This document shows, piece after piece, positions 31,875 to 42,478 of a DNA stretch of 64,000 bases; position 1 is the stretch's first letter, and the number at the start of each line of letters is the position of its first letter. The stretch covers positions 5,071 through 69,070 of the forward strand of contig CAJUKE010000011.1 in the NCBI GenBank assembly GCA_910587075.1. The letters run 5' to 3'. Under the pieces are notes generated by a model. It worked only from the letters and a program-made list of their open reading frames with translations, was not told the DNA's origin and did not search any database. The position numbers and the translations under genes are program-made. This stretch comes from an uncultured Muribaculaceae bacterium (lineage in GTDB: Bacteria > Bacteroidota > Bacteroidia > Bacteroidales > Muribaculaceae).

Positions 31875-32969
31875 ATGGCAAAAATAGGAGATACCGTGCG
31901 CTTCCTCAGCTCGACAGGGGGAGGCCGCATCGTGAAAATCGAGGGCAACATAGCCCACGTCGAGGAGGAGGACGGCTTCGTAACACCCGTGCTGATCAAG
32001 GAATTGGTGGTAACCACACCCGCCGGGGCGGAAAACGCCCGCCGCGACTACTTCGGCGGCACGGCCCAGGCCGCGCAGAAAGCCGCCGCCGAGAAACAGA
32101 GCAAGTTCGTGCCCACGGCAATGCCCGAGGTGCCGAAACCCGCGCCCGCGGCCGAGACCCCGGGGGGCGACAAGCTCAACGTGGTGCTCGGATTCGAACC
32201 GATCGAGCCGAAGCACATCACCACCACCGACTTCGAGGTGTACCTCATCAACGACTCGAACTACTACCTTTACTTTACCTTCCTGAGCCGCGCCGACGAC
32301 GAGGAGGGGTGGACCACCCGCTTCGCCGGGGTGGCCGAGCCGAATATGGAGCTGTTCCTCGAAGAGCTCACCCGCGAGAAGGCCGGGCGGCTCGACCGCG
32401 TATGCGTGCAGTACATCGCCTTCAAGCGCGACAAGGAGTTCGCTCTGAAGGCCCCGGTGGCCATCGAGTACCGAATGGACACCACCAAGTTCTTCAAGCT
32501 CCACTGCTTCCGCGAGAACCCCTACTTCGAGGTGCCCGTGATAGCCATCGACGTGGTGAAGAACGATATACCGCAGCGCCCGATGGCCATTGACTCCTCG
32601 CGGATGGAGGACGCCATGCGCCGCAAGCGCGAGGCCGACCGCCCCCGCCAGCGACCCGTGAAGAAGCGCCGCCCCGACCCACGCGACGGCGTGCTGGAGG
32701 TCGACCTCCACATCAACGAGCTGCTCGACACCACCGCCGGGCTATCGACCGCCGACATCCTCAACTACCAGATCGACACCTTCCGCCGCACCATGGACGA
32801 GCACCTGCGCGACAAAGGGCTGAAAATAGTATTCATCCACGGTAAGGGGGAAGGGGTGCTCCGCCAGGCCATCAACAAGGAGCTGGCCCACCGCTACAAG
32901 GGGCACGACGTGCAGGACGCCTCGTTCCGCGAATACGGCTACGGCGCCACCCAGGTAACCATACGCTGA
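31875..32969 (+). CDS. DUF2027 / Smr domain protein
   Basis: IGDTVRFL N-terminus; C-terminal Smr: VDLHI, FIHGKGEGVLR, GYGATQV. Confidence 0.88.
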   Translation: MAKIGDTVRFLSSTGGGRIVKIEGNIAHVEEEDGFVTPVLIKELVVTTPAGAENARRDYFGGTAQAAQKAAAEKQSKFVPTAMPEVPKPAPAAETPGGDKLNVVLGFEPIEPKHITTTDFEVYLINDSNYYLYFTFLSRADDEEGWTTRFAGVAEPNMELFLEELTREKAGRLDRVCVQYIAFKRDKEFALKAPVAIEYRMDTTKFFKLHCFRENPYFEVPVIAIDVVKNDIPQRPMAIDSSRMEDAMRRKREADRPRQRPVKKRRPDPRDGVLEVDLHINELLDTTAGLSTADILNYQIDTFRRTMDEHLRDKGLKIVFIHGKGEGVLRQAINKELAHRYKGHDVQDASFREYGYGATQVTIR

Positions 32970-32974
32970 CGGCC

Positions 32975-33745
32975 ATGATATTCTGTTTCAGCGGCACAGG
33001 CAACTCACTGCTCGTGGCCCGGGAGCTGTCACGGCACCTCGGCCACGGCATCGTGATGCTTGAGAAAGACACACTTCTGCGCCCCAAGGAACGGCTCTAC
33101 GAGTTAGGCGATGGGGAGGACGCGCTGTGGGTGTTCCCGATCTACAGCTGGGGCGTGCCCCCGGTTGTGAGGCGCTTTATGCGCAAAGTGAAGTTAAAGA
33201 CCCCCGCCTCGACCCTGCACTGGATGGTGGCCACCTGCGGCGACGACATAGGCCGCGCCGACGACCAGTGGCGCCAGGAAATCGGGCGCCGGGGATGGAC
33301 TCCCCGGGGTGCCTTCTCTGTGGAGATGCCCAACACCTACGTCTGTATGAAGGGGTTCGAGGTAGACCCGCCCGAGACCGAGCGGCGCAAACTCGACGCG
33401 ATGCCCGCGAGAGTCGCGGAGATTGTCGCGGAGATACGCCGGGGCTTCTCGGAGAGCGACGTCGTCAGGGGTGACTACGCCTGGCTGAAAACCGCCGCCG
33501 TCTACCCGCTGTTCCGCGCCTTCTGTATGTCGCCCGCCCAGTTCCGCACCGACCCGGCCAAATGTTCCGGGTGCGGAGCGTGCGCCAAGGGTTGCCCCCT
33601 CGACAACATCGCGATGAAGGATGGTAAACCCCTGTGGGGCCCGGTGTGCGCCCTATGCCTGCGATGCTTCCACGGTTGCCCCTCGCGGGCCGTGGACTAC
33701 GGGAAAGCCACCGAGGGGAAAGCCGCCAAACGGGTCTACAGGTAA
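32975..33745 (+). CDS. EFR1-family ferredoxin (flavodoxin + 4Fe-4S)
   Basis: FSGTGNS, FPIYSW, MPNTY; CSGCGACAKGCP and CALCLRCFHGCP. Confidence 0.9.
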   Translation: MIFCFSGTGNSLLVARELSRHLGHGIVMLEKDTLLRPKERLYELGDGEDALWVFPIYSWGVPPVVRRFMRKVKLKTPASTLHWMVATCGDDIGRADDQWRQEIGRRGWTPRGAFSVEMPNTYVCMKGFEVDPPETERRKLDAMPARVAEIVAEIRRGFSESDVVRGDYAWLKTAAVYPLFRAFCMSPAQFRTDPAKCSGCGACAKGCPLDNIAMKDGKPLWGPVCALCLRCFHGCPSRAVDYGKATEGKAAKRVYR

Positions 33746-33835
33746 ACCAAAACCACTCACGGGGCGTTATAACGACGTATCGCCCCGGCGACTTACCCCA
33801 TCCATTACGTTTCAACCACTTATTCATCACCGATT

Positions 33836-36800
33836 GTGAAACGCTTACCGCGCATATTAGGCAAAATTCTTCTCTGGACTGTCTTCGGGATAGTCGGGCT
33901 TGTCACGCTCGCGGTTGTGCTTCTCTACATCCCCCCGGTGCAGGATTTCGCCACGCGCCAGGCGCTCTCCATGATCAACAAGGGGGGAGATATGAAAATC
34001 GGTGTTGGAAAACTGCGCCTCCGCTTCCCACTCCGCGTCGCCATCGACTCCGCGAGCTTCGCAACCCCCGGAATCGACATTTTCGCCGGGCGAGCCGAGG
34101 CCGACATCGCCCTGATGCCGCTGCTGAAAGGCGAAATCAGGGGTGAGCGCGTCGAGCTTCGCCGCGCCAGGGTCGATATGGGTGGCCCCGACTCGGCTTT
34201 CCAGATGAACGCCGCCCTGAGCTACGCCCGCGTTATCGACGGCGGCTACAACCTCGTGACGCAGAACATCGCCGTTGACCGTCTGCTGGCCGACGGCGCC
34301 GACGTGGCCATAAAGATTCTCCCCGACACGGTGCCCGAGCCGGAACCGACCGACACCGTCAGCTCGCCGCTCACCATCACGCTGAACCACGGCGTGCTGG
34401 AAAACGTGCGCTACCGTATGAGCATCGAGCCTATAATCACCGACCTGGGCGCTTTCATGAGCCGCGCGGTGGTCAACAAGGCATCGTTCGATATGCTCCC
34501 CCACCTCATCCACGCCAACGACATCACCGTCGACAGCATCGACGCGAAATATATCTACCCCTCGGCCGAATACCTCGCCGCGCACCCCGCGCCGGAGGAA
34601 CCGGCTGACTCGGCCGACATCGCCGCGTCGCTCCCCTGGACGGTCACCTGCGACAAGGTGCGCCTTATGGCCGGCAACGGGCTCTACGCCGTCGACGGGG
34701 CCAAACCCGCCGGACGGAGTTTCGACCTCGACTACATTCAGGCGGCCGAAATCCACGTCGCCGTTGACAGCTTTATGAACCGCGGCACCGAGATAAGGGT
34801 GCCCATACGCGGCATAAGCGCCCGCGAGCGGTGCGGCGTACGCGTCAACCTCACCGGCCTGTTTGAAATGGACTCCGCCGCGATGCGGGCCGAGAACATA
34901 GCGCTTACGACCGGCGCCTCCCGCGTCAGCCTCGACGCGATGATGGGTATGAACGCCGAGAAGGCCGAGGATATGCCCGTGAGCCTGCGGCTCAAAGCCG
35001 ACCTGGCCAACGAGGACCTGCGCCGCCTGGCACCCGCCCAGATGGCCGAAATAGCCGATATGCTGCCCCCCTACCAGCCCCTCCTGGTCGAAGCCGACCT
35101 CAAAGGGTCAATGGCCGACCTCGACGTGAAGTCAGTTTCGGCGGAGATACCGCAGCACGCCGGAGTCAAGGCATCGGGCCAAGTGGCGGGCCTCACCGAC
35201 ATCAACCGCGCCGTGGGGAATGTCGAGATTTCCGGCTGGATCGCCGACGGCAAATGGGCCAAGCCCCTGCTGCTCGACGCTAAGAGCGGCCGCGGCATAA
35301 ACATACCCCCGCTGACCATCGAAGGTGACGCACGGCTCGACCGCGGCGTGATCGACGGCGGCATCACCGCCCACACCGGCAGCGGACGGCTCGCCCTCGA
35401 AGCGCTCTGGAACAACCGCGCCACCGCCTACGACATCGACCTCCGGGCCGACGACTTCCCCGTGCAGGCCATCCTCCCCGACCTCGGGCTCAAGGATGTG
35501 ACCGCCACCATCAATGCCTCGGGCCAGGGATTCGACGTGATGAGCCCCAAAACCGACATTGACGCCAAAGTCGATCTCGTGAAGGCCACATATATGGGCC
35601 ACGACTACCGCGACGTGACCCTCACAGCCAACCTCGCCGCCGGGCACGCCGCCGTCGAGGCCCTCAGCCGCAACCCCTACGCCGCGTTCGACCTCAAGGC
35701 CGACGGCGAAATCGGCGCCCTCCCCTACCGCGCCCGTATCGACGGCGACATCACCAACCTCGACCTCAAGGCCCTCGGTATGGCCGACACCGCCACCACC
35801 GTTGCCGCCCGCCTCTCGGGCGACGTGAGCTTCGACCCGGCAACCAAGACGCGCCCGATGCTCGCCTCGGCCGACATCGACATAGCCTCGCTCAACTACC
35901 GCGCCGGCGCGATGAAGATCGACGCCCGCGACATCGGCCTGAAATTCAACGCCGACACCGCCGCTACCGACGCGCGGCTCACCAACCGCGACCTCGCCCT
36001 TACTTTCAACTCCGGGGTATGCCTCGACACCCTCCTGGGACGCTTCACCGCGACCTCCGAACTGCTCGACCGCTGCGTAAAGCGCCAGCGCCTGGCAGTC
36101 GACTCGCTCCAGCGCGCCCTGCCCCCCTTCCGGCTCGACCTTACCGCCGGACAGGACAACGTGCTCGCCAGCCTCCTGGCCGACAGCGATATGGAGTTCC
36201 GCTCCGCATCGCTCCGGGCCTCCAACGACTCGCTGATCGCCCTCGACGCGCGGGTGCTCAAATTCCGCACCGGCGAGACCCGCCTTGACACCATAACCTT
36301 CGACATACGCCAGCGCGGCGCGTACCTCACCTACGAGGCCAACGTGAACAACGCCCCCGGCACCTTTGACGCGTTCGCCAAAATCGGCGCCAACGGCTAC
36401 ATTAGCTCCGACCGCGTTGCCCTCCTCTTCAAGCAGCAGAACATACAGGGGGAGACTGGCTACAGCTTCGGCTCGATAATCAATATGCAGGACTCCTCGA
36501 CCGTGGCGCTCCGCTTCGTGCCCTACCACCCCGTGATCGGCTACAAGGATTGGGAGATGAACCGCGACAACATCATCACCTACAACCTCGACAACCACCA
36601 CATCGACGCCAACCTCTACCTCCACAACGATGTAAGCTCGCTGAAACTCTTCACGAACCACACCGAAGAATCCGACTCAACCCAGGAAGCCATAACCCTG
36701 CGCCTGAGCGATGTCAAGCTTCAGGACTGGCTCGCCATCAACCCCTTCGCACCGGCTATGGAGGGTGACCTCTCGGCCGATATGAACTTCTCCTGGACCG

Positions 36801-38683
36801 ACAAGAGCCTCGACGGAGCAGGCAAACTAACCCTTGCCGACTTCACCTACGGCAAACAGCGAGTGGGCACCTTCGACATCGACACCAAGGTGCAGACCGC
36901 CGGAGGCATCGTGCGCGCATCGGCCGATATGTTCATCGACGGGCAGAAGTCCCTCACCCTCAACGGCAACCTCAATGACTCCACCAAGAGCGACCCATTC
37001 CTGCTCGACCTGCGGGTGATCCGCCTCCCGCTGAACATCGCCAACCCCTTCTTAGGGCCCGACGTGGCGAGCCTCTCCGGCACGCTCAAGGGCGAGATGG
37101 ACGTTACCGGGCAGCTCTCGTCGCCCGTGCTCAACGGCTGGCTGAAATTCGACTCCGCCGCCGTGAAGGTGCCGATGCTCGGGTCCACATTCAAATTCTC
37201 CGGCGGCGAAATCCCCGTCGACAGCTCAGTTGTGAAATTCGGCAACTACACCATAGGCGGCCTCAACAAGAACCCGCTGGCCATCAACGGCACCGCCGAC
37301 ATATCCAACTTCGCCAACATACTGCTCGACCTATCGCTCAACGCCCGCAATATGCAGGTGGTCAACGGTAAGAAGGGGGGCCGCGGAGTCGACGTATACG
37401 GCAAGGCGTATATCGACCTCGACGCCTCTGTGAAAGGCTCGACCAGCTTCCTCAACGTCGACGCGGCGCTGAAGCTTCTCCCGGGCACCAACGTCACCTA
37501 CGTCATGCCCGACGCCGTGAACACAATCTCGTCAAAGGGGGAGAACGATATGGTGCGGTTCGTGAACTTCGCCGACACCGCCGCCGTGGCCGCCGCCGAC
37601 TCAATCGTCAACAAGGGCATGCTGCTCAACCTCGACGCGTCGCTCACAGTGTCGTCGGGCACAACCATCGGCGTTGACCTCTCGGCCGACGGCAAGGACC
37701 GCGTGCAGATCCAGGGGGAAGGCACCATAAACTACACCCTCGACTATCTCGGCGACGAGCGCACAACCGGGCGCCTGAACATCAACCAGGGGTACGCCCG
37801 CTACTCCCCCCCGATGATTTCCGAGAAGGACTTCACCTTCCGCGAAGGGAGTTATGTGGCCTTCAACGGCGATATGCTCAACCCCGTGCTCAACATCCAC
37901 GCCGACGACGACCTCCGGGCCAACGTAAACTCCTCGGGCAACTCGCGTATGGTGACATTCGACATCATACTCAACGTAACCGGCTCGATGGAGCAGATGA
38001 ACGCCTCCTTCGACCTGGCGTGCGAGGACGACATCACCATCGAGAACGAGCTCAAGAGCATGACCGCCGAGCAGCGCGCCAACCAGGCCATGAACCTGAT
38101 GATCACCGGCACCTACTCCGGCGCCAACACCAAGACCGTGAGCGGCTCGGCCACCAGCTCGCTCTACTCCTTCCTGGAGTCGCAGATCAACAACTGGGCC
38201 GCCTCGACCATCAAGGGTGTCGACCTCTCGTTCGGCATCAACCAGTACGAGAAGACCATCGACGGCAACCAGACCCAGGCGATGACCTACAGCTACCGAG
38301 TCAGCAAGTCGCTCTTCGACGACCGTTTCAAAATCGTGGTCGGAGGCAACTACACCACCGACGCCCAGGCCGACGAGAACTTCGCCGAGAACCTCATCGC
38401 CGACATCTCGTTCGAGTATATGCTCAACAAGCAGGGCACGATGTATGTGCGCCTCTTCCGCCACACCGGCTACGAGAGTATCCTCGAAGGGGAAATCACC
38501 CAGACGGGCGTCGGCTTCGTGTACAAGCGCAAGCTACACCGCCTGAGCGATATGTTCCGCTTCCTGCGCCGCCGCAAGCCCGCGCCGCTGCCGCTCCCCG
38601 CCGAGGCACCCGCCGCGGCTCCCGCACCCGCCGCCACCCAACCCAAACCGACAACCACCACGACAGATACCGCGAAACAATGA
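33836..38683 (+). CDS. tamB: Translocation and assembly module TamB-like protein
   Basis: 1615 aa, N-terminal anchor (LLYIPPVQ), beta-taco-like repeats, DUF490-like C-terminus (ESILEGEITQTGVG); ATGA-coupled to an Omp85 gene. Confidence 0.85.
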   Translation: MKRLPRILGKILLWTVFGIVGLVTLAVVLLYIPPVQDFATRQALSMINKGGDMKIGVGKLRLRFPLRVAIDSASFATPGIDIFAGRAEADIALMPLLKGEIRGERVELRRARVDMGGPDSAFQMNAALSYARVIDGGYNLVTQNIAVDRLLADGADVAIKILPDTVPEPEPTDTVSSPLTITLNHGVLENVRYRMSIEPIITDLGAFMSRAVVNKASFDMLPHLIHANDITVDSIDAKYIYPSAEYLAAHPAPEEPADSADIAASLPWTVTCDKVRLMAGNGLYAVDGAKPAGRSFDLDYIQAAEIHVAVDSFMNRGTEIRVPIRGISARERCGVRVNLTGLFEMDSAAMRAENIALTTGASRVSLDAMMGMNAEKAEDMPVSLRLKADLANEDLRRLAPAQMAEIADMLPPYQPLLVEADLKGSMADLDVKSVSAEIPQHAGVKASGQVAGLTDINRAVGNVEISGWIADGKWAKPLLLDAKSGRGINIPPLTIEGDARLDRGVIDGGITAHTGSGRLALEALWNNRATAYDIDLRADDFPVQAILPDLGLKDVTATINASGQGFDVMSPKTDIDAKVDLVKATYMGHDYRDVTLTANLAAGHAAVEALSRNPYAAFDLKADGEIGALPYRARIDGDITNLDLKALGMADTATTVAARLSGDVSFDPATKTRPMLASADIDIASLNYRAGAMKIDARDIGLKFNADTAATDARLTNRDLALTFNSGVCLDTLLGRFTATSELLDRCVKRQRLAVDSLQRALPPFRLDLTAGQDNVLASLLADSDMEFRSASLRASNDSLIALDARVLKFRTGETRLDTITFDIRQRGAYLTYEANVNNAPGTFDAFAKIGANGYISSDRVALLFKQQNIQGETGYSFGSIINMQDSSTVALRFVPYHPVIGYKDWEMNRDNIITYNLDNHHIDANLYLHNDVSSLKLFTNHTEESDSTQEAITLRLSDVKLQDWLAINPFAPAMEGDLSADMNFSWTDKSLDGAGKLTLADFTYGKQRVGTFDIDTKVQTAGGIVRASADMFIDGQKSLTLNGNLNDSTKSDPFLLDLRVIRLPLNIANPFLGPDVASLSGTLKGEMDVTGQLSSPVLNGWLKFDSAAVKVPMLGSTFKFSGGEIPVDSSVVKFGNYTIGGLNKNPLAINGTADISNFANILLDLSLNARNMQVVNGKKGGRGVDVYGKAYIDLDASVKGSTSFLNVDAALKLLPGTNVTYVMPDAVNTISSKGENDMVRFVNFADTAAVAAADSIVNKGMLLNLDASLTVSSGTTIGVDLSADGKDRVQIQGEGTINYTLDYLGDERTTGRLNINQGYARYSPPMISEKDFTFREGSYVAFNGDMLNPVLNIHADDDLRANVNSSGNSRMVTFDIILNVTGSMEQMNASFDLACEDDITIENELKSMTAEQRANQAMNLMITGTYSGANTKTVSGSATSSLYSFLESQINNWAASTIKGVDLSFGINQYEKTIDGNQTQAMTYSYRVSKSLFDDRFKIVVGGNYTTDAQADENFAENLIADISFEYMLNKQGTMYVRLFRHTGYESILEGEITQTGVGFVYKRKLHRLSDMFRFLRRRKPAPLPLPAEAPAAAPAPAATQPKPTTTTTDTAKQ

Positions 38684-40971
38684 GACTCCGAACACTGAAA
38701 TCCCTGCTGCCGCTCGCGGGAGCCGTGCTGGTTTTTGCGGCCTGCTCCACCACCTCGCGCCTCCCCGAGGGGGAGGTGCTCTACACCGGCGTCAAGAAAA
38801 TCGACATCTCCGCCCCCGAGGGCGACAAAGTGCCCGAATCGGTGAAGTCGCAGCTCAACAGCGCCGTGAGCGTGCCCCCCAACAATGCGATTCTCAAATC
38901 GCCCAAATACCGCTTCCCCTTCCCTATCGGGCTGTGGGTCTGGAACCACTGGAGCGACTCCTGCAAAGGGATCAAGCGCTGGTTCTACGACCGCCTGGTG
39001 TCCGAGCCGGTGCTCATAAGCACCGTGCGTCCCGACGCCCGCACCCATATGGTCGACGAGATACTCGACAACAACGGCTACTTCCGCGGGTCGGCCACCT
39101 ACGAGACCATCCCCGGGCGCAATCCGAAGACGGCCAAGGTGTCGTACACCATACAGACCGGGCCGGCCTACCACGTCGATTCCATAGAGTTCCTCCCCGA
39201 CACCTGCCGGCTTAACCACTACATCGACTCGCTGGCCCGCCGCGACAGCTACCTCAAGCCCGGGGCGCGCTACTGCGTAGACTCCCTCTCGGCGGCACGC
39301 ATACGCATCACAAACTCCCTGCGCGACAAGGGATACTACTTCTTCCGCCCCGAGTATATCGAATATCTTGCCGACTCGCTCCAGAAACCGCAGTCGATCA
39401 ATATGCGCATGACCCTGGCCTCCAACGTGCCCCGAAATATGTTCAAGCGCTACCGCACCGGCAAGGTCACCGTCTACGCCTACCGCAACCAGGGTGGAGG
39501 CACCCCCGACACCATAGTCACCGACCACGCCACCCTCATACAGATGATGCCATCGCGGCTGCGCAAGGGGGTGATCCACGACTGCGTGACCTTCCGCCAG
39601 GGGCGCTACTTCGCCGTGAGGAATATGAACAGCACCCAGACCCGCTTCGCCCGCCTGGGGATATTCAACAACATCGACATGGCGGTGGTGCCCGACACGG
39701 CCGCGGTCGAGCCAACCCTCGACGTGAACATAGCCTGCACGTTCGACACCCCGCTGGAAGCCACCGTCGAGCTCAACGCCTCGTCGAAGTCAAACAGCTA
39801 CATCGGCCCGGGCGTGCTCTTCGGAGTGCAGAACCGCAACCTCTTCGGAGGGGGTGAGCAACTCGGAGTGACCCTCACCGGCTCGTATGAATGGCAGACC
39901 GGCCGCGAGCGCTCGTCGGTGTTCAACTCCTACGAGGTAGGGCTCGCCGCAAACCTGAGCTTCCCGAGAATGCTCGCGCCCAACTTCATCAAAAGGCGCA
40001 ACCGCAACCTCAACTGGACCCGCTTCCAGCTCTCGGCCGACCTGCTCAACCGCCCCCACTACTTCAAGATGGCGCAGTTCAACGCCTCGATCAGCTACGA
40101 ATGGCAGTCGAGCCGCCACTCGTCGCACTCGCTCACCCCGCTGAAACTGACCTACACCAACCTGATGCAGACCACCCACGCCTTTGACTCGGTGGTGGCC
40201 GCCAACCCGGCTATAGCCCTCAGTTTCCGTTCGCAGTACATACCCCAGTTCTCCTACACCTACTCCTACGACCGCCAGTTTGACTCCGACAACACCCTCA
40301 ACTGGACCTTCACGGCCCAGGAAGCTGGTAACCTCTTCTGGTGCATCTACGAGGCGGCGGGCAAGCACAAGGAGAAGCGCCTGTTCGGCACCCCGTTCTC
40401 GCAGTTTGTCAAAGGGTCGACCCAGGTGGTGTTCGGGCGTCGCCTGTGGGGCGATAACTGGATAGTGACCCGCGGCATGGTGGGCGCCGCCCACGCCTAC
40501 GCCAACTCGTCGGAGGTGCCGTATGCCGAGCAGTTCTACGCCGGAGGCGCCAACTCGGTGCGCGCCTTCCCGGTACGCTCGATAGGTCCCGGCTCATACC
40601 GCCCCCCGAAATGGGTGAGCGACAGCTACTTCGACCAGACAGGTACGTTCAAGTTCGAGCTAAATGTGGAATACCGATTCCCGATCATCGGCCCGCTGCA
40701 CGGCGCGGTGTTTATTGACGCGGGCAACGTGTGGCTGCTGAAAAAGGACCCCCTCCGCCCCGGCGGCGAACTCCGCGGAAGCACCTTCCTGCGCGACCTC
40801 GCGCTCGGCACCGGCGCCGGACTCCGCTTCGACATAGGCATGCTCGTGCTCCGCGGCGACCTCGGCATAGGGATCCACGCGCCCTACGACACCGGCAAGT
40901 CGAGCTACTACAATATGACCTCGTTCAAAAACTCGCTCTGCTTCCACCTCGCGATCGGCTACCCGTTCTGA
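38680..40971 (+). CDS. tamA: BamA/TamA (Omp85) family outer-membrane lipoprotein (TamL-like)
   Basis: Lipobox FAAC, POTRA-like region, QFYAGGANSVRAF, FIDAGNVW, GAGLRFD, terminal IGYPF; start MRLRT at 38680. Confidence 0.88.
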   Translation: MRLRTLKSLLPLAGAVLVFAACSTTSRLPEGEVLYTGVKKIDISAPEGDKVPESVKSQLNSAVSVPPNNAILKSPKYRFPFPIGLWVWNHWSDSCKGIKRWFYDRLVSEPVLISTVRPDARTHMVDEILDNNGYFRGSATYETIPGRNPKTAKVSYTIQTGPAYHVDSIEFLPDTCRLNHYIDSLARRDSYLKPGARYCVDSLSAARIRITNSLRDKGYYFFRPEYIEYLADSLQKPQSINMRMTLASNVPRNMFKRYRTGKVTVYAYRNQGGGTPDTIVTDHATLIQMMPSRLRKGVIHDCVTFRQGRYFAVRNMNSTQTRFARLGIFNNIDMAVVPDTAAVEPTLDVNIACTFDTPLEATVELNASSKSNSYIGPGVLFGVQNRNLFGGGEQLGVTLTGSYEWQTGRERSSVFNSYEVGLAANLSFPRMLAPNFIKRRNRNLNWTRFQLSADLLNRPHYFKMAQFNASISYEWQSSRHSSHSLTPLKLTYTNLMQTTHAFDSVVAANPAIALSFRSQYIPQFSYTYSYDRQFDSDNTLNWTFTAQEAGNLFWCIYEAAGKHKEKRLFGTPFSQFVKGSTQVVFGRRLWGDNWIVTRGMVGAAHAYANSSEVPYAEQFYAGGANSVRAFPVRSIGPGSYRPPKWVSDSYFDQTGTFKFELNVEYRFPIIGPLHGAVFIDAGNVWLLKKDPLRPGGELRGSTFLRDLALGTGAGLRFDIGMLVLRGDLGIGIHAPYDTGKSSYYNMTSFKNSLCFHLAIGYPF

Positions 40972-40972
40972 T

Positions 40973-41293
40973 TCATACGGGTCGGTCGAGCGGCGAGGGG
41001 GTATCGGGAGCCTGCGGTTTCGGGCCGCGGGGCTTCTTGGCAGACTTGGGTTTTCGGGAGGAGTGGGAGTTTTGGGAATTTTGGGAGTTTTGGGAAGATT
41101 GGGGCTTCAAGTCCGACTTGTCCGACCTGTCCGACCCGTCCGACGGCTCCGATTGCTCCGCCGGCAGCGGTGTAGCGGCGGGGAGCGGCTCGGGACCTCC
41201 GCACCTATTGGCGAGTATCGCGGCGGCGAGGGCCAGCGCGCATATGGCGGCCAGCAGCCAGGTGCCCCTTGTTTCTGTGCGGGTAGGTTTCAT
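40973..41293 (-). CDS. Small membrane-anchored hypothetical protein with low-complexity tail
   Basis: Hydrophobic N-terminal helix ending in Cys; SDx and SQN repeats; co-directional with the upstream gene. Confidence 0.5.
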   Translation of the reverse strand: MKPTRTETRGTWLLAAICALALAAAILANRCGGPEPLPAATPLPAEQSEPSDGSDRSDKSDLKPQSSQNSQNSQNSHSSRKPKSAKKPRGPKPQAPDTPSPLDRPV

Positions 41294-41312
41294 ATCGGCA
41301 ATGATAGTTTCC

Positions 41313-42419
41313 TTACCAGAGGTTGAACCTGAAGCCTACCGAGGCTTCGGCCGACAGAGTGTTGGCTATCAACGTGTGCTCGGGGTCGTTGATGATGCCG
41401 GTCATGGAATAGCCCGCGACCCCGAAGAACCAGCGCTTCTTGTAATTGTATACGATGCCGATTTTGAACCTGTTGTTAAGCGAGAAGGTAGTCTCCTTCT
41501 CGCCGGGATGGTTGATGTTCCCCTTCCTGACACCCACCACGGGCGACTCCGACACGCCCAGGCACCAACCGCGGTGGAACACCCAGTTGTAGGCGTAGCC
41601 GAACTTCAGCGCGTAAGTCTGGCTGGACACGCGGTAGTTGTGGTCCCAGTCGGTCGGTATTTCCGTGTCGGCCTCCGGGAGCGAGGAGAAGTCGAAATGG
41701 TAGTCCTCGGCGAAATATGAAAATCCGGCATACATCGAGCCGGAGCTTTTGAGCTGTATTTTCGAGTAATTGAACGCCGCCGCCTGCGAGTAATGCTTGT
41801 GGTTGAAAAAGTAATAGAGGTCAACCCCGAGAGCCCTGTTGTTCACCCCGGAGAAGTCAAGGTTCACTTTCTCCACCTCGCCGGGCATACCCATGGGGCG
41901 TATGGTGGTGCCCACGTCGTTCTCGACCGTGTAAACCTCGGCGGAGAAGAGCGAGCAGTTGAACTGGAAATTGAAGCGCTTGCGCACCTTGTCGTTGCCG
42001 GTGAAGTACTTGCTGACGTTCACGTCGTAGCCCACCGACACCGCCATATACGAGAGATAGAAACCGAGCGAAGTTGAAGGGTCGGAAATCATCTCCATAC
42101 GGTAGCGGTTGTCGAGCCGGAAATCGTAGGCGTCGGTCCACGATTCGCTTTTGGCCTTGATGTTCCAGGCTTTCCCGGTCGACTCAACATAGGTAGAGTC
42201 GTAGGAGTTGAAAGTTCTGTCGCCCCAGCGGTACACGTTGACGCAGAACCGCGGGAACTTGCCCATCGCGGCGATGCTGTCGAGGTCGAAGCTGAGAGCG
42301 CTCCCCGCGGGAGTGGCCGCGAATAAAGCCGCGATGAAAAGCAACGCCCGCGCCAGCCGTTGCGTACGGAGGCGGGGCGTCGCTTCATTATGTCGGTTGT
42401 TTCTTTCGAAACGATCCAT
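41313..42419 (-). CDS. DUF4421-like outer-membrane beta-barrel protein
   Basis: YYFFNHKHYSQAAAFNYSKIQLKSSGS, GYAYNWVF, terminal VGFRFNLW. Confidence 0.8.
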   Translation of the reverse strand: MDRFERNNRHNEATPRLRTQRLARALLFIAALFAATPAGSALSFDLDSIAAMGKFPRFCVNVYRWGDRTFNSYDSTYVESTGKAWNIKAKSESWTDAYDFRLDNRYRMEMISDPSTSLGFYLSYMAVSVGYDVNVSKYFTGNDKVRKRFNFQFNCSLFSAEVYTVENDVGTTIRPMGMPGEVEKVNLDFSGVNNRALGVDLYYFFNHKHYSQAAAFNYSKIQLKSSGSMYAGFSYFAEDYHFDFSSLPEADTEIPTDWDHNYRVSSQTYALKFGYAYNWVFHRGWCLGVSESPVVGVRKGNINHPGEKETTFSLNNRFKIGIVYNYKKRWFFGVAGYSMTGIINDPEHTLIANTLSAEASVGFRFNLW

Positions 42420-42478
42420 TAGCGGCTTGATTAGTGGGAACGTACGGCGGCTTCACGCCGCCGGGTGACGCGTCCCGG

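Noticed and set aside
38020..38679. 220-aa N-terminal extension of the TamA ORF
   Set aside because: It overlaps tamB in another frame. The signal peptide and lipobox start at 38680 with ATGA coupling.
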